DNA from: a virus
Taxonomy: Duplodnaviria > Heunggongvirae > Uroviricota > Caudoviricetes
Strand: one strand, 5' to 3'
IMG/VR virus record: IMGVR_UViG_3300042401_001180
Length of the DNA stretch: 64,000 nucleotides
The position numbers and the translations under genes are program-made. Shown here in pieces: positions 60,347 through 64,000 of this stretch. Numbering within the stretch: the first letter of the stretch is position 1; the number at the start of each line of letters is the position of its first letter. Below the pieces are notes generated by a model. The model saw only the letters and a list, made by a program, of their open reading frames with translations. It ran no database searches and was not told the origin of the DNA.

Positions 60347-61910
60347 TAATTTTCAAGACGGTCAAAAAATATATTTTGGTGTTTGTATTGATAATATGGA
60401 TCCACTTATGTTGGGTAGGGTAAGGGTTGAGCCTATTATCCAAAATATTGAAGCAGCAGAAAAATCAAATAGTGGTTTTGATGCGAATTCAAAAACCCCC
60501 GAAAAAAACGGGCCTTGGTCTAAAAAAGATCCATTTATTTATTTACCACTATTACCTTATTTTATTAACCAAGTTCCTAAAAAAGGTGAGAGTGTTATGA
60601 TTTTTTACTACAACACGAATAGTAAAACATCAAAAAATAAGTTCTATATGATAGGGACATACTCATCTCCAACAACTATTAATTTTGAGAACTATTCATC
60701 ATCTAAAACAAATTTAGATTCGGGAGCACTTAATTCAACAAAGAATGTTCCACCAATAAAAAATAACGATGGTACATATAAAGAAGAATCAACTAAGGGG
60801 GTTTTTGTTGAACCTGTTGATATATCAATTAACGGTAGAAATAGTGCAGATATAATTTTAAAAGAAGACGAGTTATTATTAAGGGCGGGTAAACACAAAC
60901 AATTTAAAACGGGAGAAATACCTCAAGCAGATGACACAAGAGCGTTTTTACAATTAACTAAAAATTATTCAAAAATTAGTTACGGAGAACCAACATCTAA
61001 AACTAGATTGGTGTCTAATGAACTACCAATTAAATATTTAATTGAGTATGATGTAATTAACCCTGAAAATCAATTTTCAGCATTTACCGCTAATTTATAT
61101 GTATACTCTTTAAGAACAGATGAAAAGGCATACAAAACTTTAACTTCTGTTTTTGATTATAATAGTGAATTAGATTTAACAGGATCAACCGACGGTGTTG
61201 CATTGGTTAGGATGATTAATTTCCCAATAGGGTTAAATTTTAATGATTTATCTAATCAGATTAATCAAAGGTTAAAGAGTATCGTTACTGACCCTAAATC
61301 GTCGTTATTAAATCCGTCTTTAAATTTAAACGATCAATTTCCTTTCTATTATCGACCATCAAAAAGGTTAAGAGATTTGACTACTAAGTTTACGGGTACT
61401 GGGGATTTAATTGCTGCCGGAAATATGGCGTATTTACAAACCTTAGTTAAAATATCCTCTACTGATTTAACTCCCGGATATAATTTAGTTTTAAATGCAA
61501 AACTGTCACCTGAACTTCCTTATAGTATTAGAAAAGATGTGTCAGTTCCCTCAAAGGCGGAAATGATTAATAATAGTGTAGGATTAATGGGGGCAAATCA
61601 ACTATTCCTATTATCACACGACTCAATAATTCCAGGTAAAGGTAAAATAGATATACCAAACACTATTTACGGAATTGATCAAGATTTAATCTCTAACGAA
61701 ATTGAACCAAAAACATCATCAATGGTAAGAGGTGAGGAATTATTAGAATTATTAAATCTGATGGTTAGATTCTGTTTAACACACGTACATCCATATCCAT
61801 TAATGCCACCATCTTCAGTTACGTTAGACGGACTATCAACCGACGACTTACTTGCTAAAATGCAAGAAGCATATCAAAAAGTTTTAAATAGCAATATTCG
61901 TATTAACTAA
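60339..61910 (+). CDS. Baseplate central spike (gp5/VgrG-like OB fold)
   Basis: GVCIDNMDPLMLGRVRV and PKKGESVMIF (OB fold), VRGEEL, and a C-terminal HVHP (HxH metal-binding spike tip). Confidence 0.75.
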   Translation: MGDNFQDGQKIYFGVCIDNMDPLMLGRVRVEPIIQNIEAAEKSNSGFDANSKTPEKNGPWSKKDPFIYLPLLPYFINQVPKKGESVMIFYYNTNSKTSKNKFYMIGTYSSPTTINFENYSSSKTNLDSGALNSTKNVPPIKNNDGTYKEESTKGVFVEPVDISINGRNSADIILKEDELLLRAGKHKQFKTGEIPQADDTRAFLQLTKNYSKISYGEPTSKTRLVSNELPIKYLIEYDVINPENQFSAFTANLYVYSLRTDEKAYKTLTSVFDYNSELDLTGSTDGVALVRMINFPIGLNFNDLSNQINQRLKSIVTDPKSSLLNPSLNLNDQFPFYYRPSKRLRDLTTKFTGTGDLIAAGNMAYLQTLVKISSTDLTPGYNLVLNAKLSPELPYSIRKDVSVPSKAEMINNSVGLMGANQLFLLSHDSIIPGKGKIDIPNTIYGIDQDLISNEIEPKTSSMVRGEELLELLNLMVRFCLTHVHPYPLMPPSSVTLDGLSTDDLLAKMQEAYQKVLNSNIRIN

Positions 61911-61932
61911 GTATTTATATAGAAAAGTTAAT

Positions 61933-63408
61933 ATGTCAATATATAGATCTTACTTCGACAAGTCAGACACTCTATTATATAATTCCTACACCAATACAGG
62001 TAGAAACCCTATTGTAGAATTATTTTATGGTAGAGCAAACAATTCTTCAGCACCTATTGGGTTCAGTAGATATATTTTTAATATAGATTTGTCTAACTTA
62101 ATTCAAAAAATAAATGACGGTACCATATCTACAGATTGTTATGGGTATTCAGGGTTATCACACACCCTTAGAATGACTAATACGTCATTTTTTGATAAAG
62201 ATTTATTAAACGATAAAACATCACAAGGAAGAAGACGAGCAACATCATTTGATTTGATTCTTTTTAGAATACCAAAAACTTCAGGTTCAACCGGATCTCC
62301 ACAAATTTGGGACAGTGGTGTTGGATATGATTATTATGATTTTGGTATTACAAATCTTAATGATAGAGCATTCTCACAAAGACCGTCAAATTGGTTTCAA
62401 ACAACGACAATTGCTAATTGGTCAACATCTGGATTATATAATAATTCTAATTCAGCAACAGGAACAGGAGTAAATTATTCAGCAATTACAATTGTTGATA
62501 CACAACATTTTGAATTTGGTAATGAAGATATTGAATTTGACATGACAAATGAAATAAATTCAATATTAAGTGGAGGGACTACAGGGGTTACCGGTTATGG
62601 TATTGCCTTTTTACCACAAGTAGAAAATATATCGGGATTAACCGAAAACTATTCTGTTGGTTTTTTCTCACCATTTACTCAAACATTTTATGAACCATTT
62701 TTAGAAACATCTTATGATGATTTAATATTAGATAATAGAAACAACTTTACGTGTGGTGTAAGTAACGATTTATACCTATATGCATATGATAATGGAATTC
62801 CATTAACTTTTGATAATAATCCAATCGTTGATATTTTAGATTCTAATGGCAGTATTGTTTACTCATCTTTAGTTACTTGTTTAGTGACTGAGGGCGTTTA
62901 TAAAGTAACTGTTCCGGCAATTAGTTGTGATAATGCTCCATGTATTTATTATGACTTATGGAAAAATATTACAATTAATGCAGAATCTTTTGATAACATA
63001 GAAAATGAATTTGCATTAGTTGAAAAATCAAAAAGATTTAATATTGGATCCACAACTGAAAATCCTAAAATATTTGGGTTTTCGTTTGACGGGATAAAAC
63101 AAAATGAAAAAGTATTAAATACAGATATTCGTAAAGTAAATGTGGTTGTAAAACAAGCATATTCTTCTAAATCAACACTTAATTATGTTAAGGCTTATTA
63201 TAGAATATATGTTAGAGAGGGGGCAAATACAGAAGTACAAGTGCAAGATTGGACTAGAATTAATCAAACACCCGACGGATACTATTTTGTTTTTGACACA
63301 ACAGATAAAATACCAAATGAATATTTTGTTGACGTAAAAGTGATAAGTGATAAAAACGTAGATACTTATAAAAGAGAACTACAATTTCAAATAGTAAATA
63401 AATTATAA
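61933..63408 (+). CDS. Putative virion structural protein
   Basis: 491 aa beta-rich, Ser/Thr/Gly-rich; TATTTAT at 61912-61918. Confidence 0.6.
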   Translation: MSIYRSYFDKSDTLLYNSYTNTGRNPIVELFYGRANNSSAPIGFSRYIFNIDLSNLIQKINDGTISTDCYGYSGLSHTLRMTNTSFFDKDLLNDKTSQGRRRATSFDLILFRIPKTSGSTGSPQIWDSGVGYDYYDFGITNLNDRAFSQRPSNWFQTTTIANWSTSGLYNNSNSATGTGVNYSAITIVDTQHFEFGNEDIEFDMTNEINSILSGGTTGVTGYGIAFLPQVENISGLTENYSVGFFSPFTQTFYEPFLETSYDDLILDNRNNFTCGVSNDLYLYAYDNGIPLTFDNNPIVDILDSNGSIVYSSLVTCLVTEGVYKVTVPAISCDNAPCIYYDLWKNITINAESFDNIENEFALVEKSKRFNIGSTTENPKIFGFSFDGIKQNEKVLNTDIRKVNVVVKQAYSSKSTLNYVKAYYRIYVREGANTEVQVQDWTRINQTPDGYYFVFDTTDKIPNEYFVDVKVISDKNVDTYKRELQFQIVNKL

Positions 63409-63420
63409 AAATAAAAAATT

Positions 63421-64000
63421 ATGGCAGTTAATGCACAATTATGTTACAATACAGGAACAACTAAAGGCATAAATTACAATGGTCTACCAATATCAATAGG
63501 AGATATTGTGTATGCTAATACGCCAGATTTTAAGACCTTTGGTTGTTTTGAAATTACCGATTCGGACGTAACCGGTTCAAATGTGAACGCACAAACAATT
63601 TATACAGATTGTTATGACTGTTTAAATGAAAATTATGGTGTGGTAAATTTTGCATCTTGTGACGGTAATTATGAGAAACTACAAGCACCAATATCGTCTT
63701 TTGGGGTAGTACCTTCTGTAAGTGAAGTATTTTACGGTACTTTTGATGTTATTACCAAAAGAGGTGGATTTAGAGCCACTTCTTGTTGGATTGTCGATGG
63801 AGAAAACCCTGTATCTCAATATACCGAATCAGATTACGCAGATTTATACTTATCAACCGCATTTACAGTTCCAGAATCTCAACCTTCATGTGAAAGTTGT
63901 TTATCTGTAAATACGGTAACATATGAAGTTACTAGATGTGTTGAGGGTTCTACTGATTATGTGTTATTAATAGGTGATCAGTATATAGGTAATACCATAT
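63421..64000 (+). CDS. Cys-rich putative virion/fibre protein (partial, runs off the window)
   Basis: Manual translation MAVNAQLCYNTG...GCFEIT...YTDCYDCL...FASCDG...SCWIV...SCESCLS...VTRCVEG, open to the end of the window. Confidence 0.75.
   Translation, partial: MAVNAQLCYNTGTTKGINYNGLPISIGDIVYANTPDFKTFGCFEITDSDVTGSNVNAQTIYTDCYDCLNENYGVVNFASCDGNYEKLQAPISSFGVVPSVSEVFYGTFDVITKRGGFRATSCWIVDGENPVSQYTESDYADLYLSTAFTVPESQPSCESCLSVNTVTYEVTRCVEGSTDYVLLIGDQYIGNTI

Noticed and set aside
273-63910. Short opposite-strand or alternate-frame ORFs in the track (e.g. 2419..2919, 17227..17613, 51450..51905, 63722..63910)
   Set aside because: They shadow longer, well-supported genes and show no recognisable motifs.
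1-64000. Eukaryotic giant virus (suggested by PolB, SNF2, the glycosylation cluster and LCIB)
   Set aside because: Contractile sheath, tube and baseplate genes, overlapping operons and Rho-independent terminators indicate a bacteriophage.
1-64000. Stop-codon reassignment as in some large phages
   Set aside because: Genes are full length in the standard code, and TAG and TGA act as stops (e.g. TAG at 3176, TGA at 29233).

Overview
AT-rich, densely coding 64 kb segment of a large tailed dsDNA phage, probably a jumbo-type myovirus distantly related to T4, read in the standard bacterial code. It holds a contractile-tail module (sheath, tube, chaperone pair, tape measure, two giant baseplate-like proteins, neck and tail-completion proteins, a gp5-like spike), replication and transcription genes (gp32-like SSB, family B DNA polymerase, SNF2-type helicase, 3'-5' exonuclease, dUTPase, gp55-like late sigma factor), PhoH and a Mn/Fe SOD. 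It also carries about 12 soluble glycosyltransferases with a Gmd + ColD-type + Fcl/ColC-type set that should make GDP-colitose. No capsid, portal, terminase, tRNA or CRISPR was recognised. Main leads: an LCIB-type beta-carbonic anhydrase domain among late structural genes; a colitose/fucose glycosylation system with a candidate [S/T]-G-x-T sequon in virion proteins; a UUU_CGU_C +1 frameshift candidate in the tail chaperone; a late-gene motif TATTTAT (reverse of the T4 late box); and enzymes carrying L/I-x-E leaders that suggest capsid packaging. All family calls are by-eye motif recognition; no searches were run.
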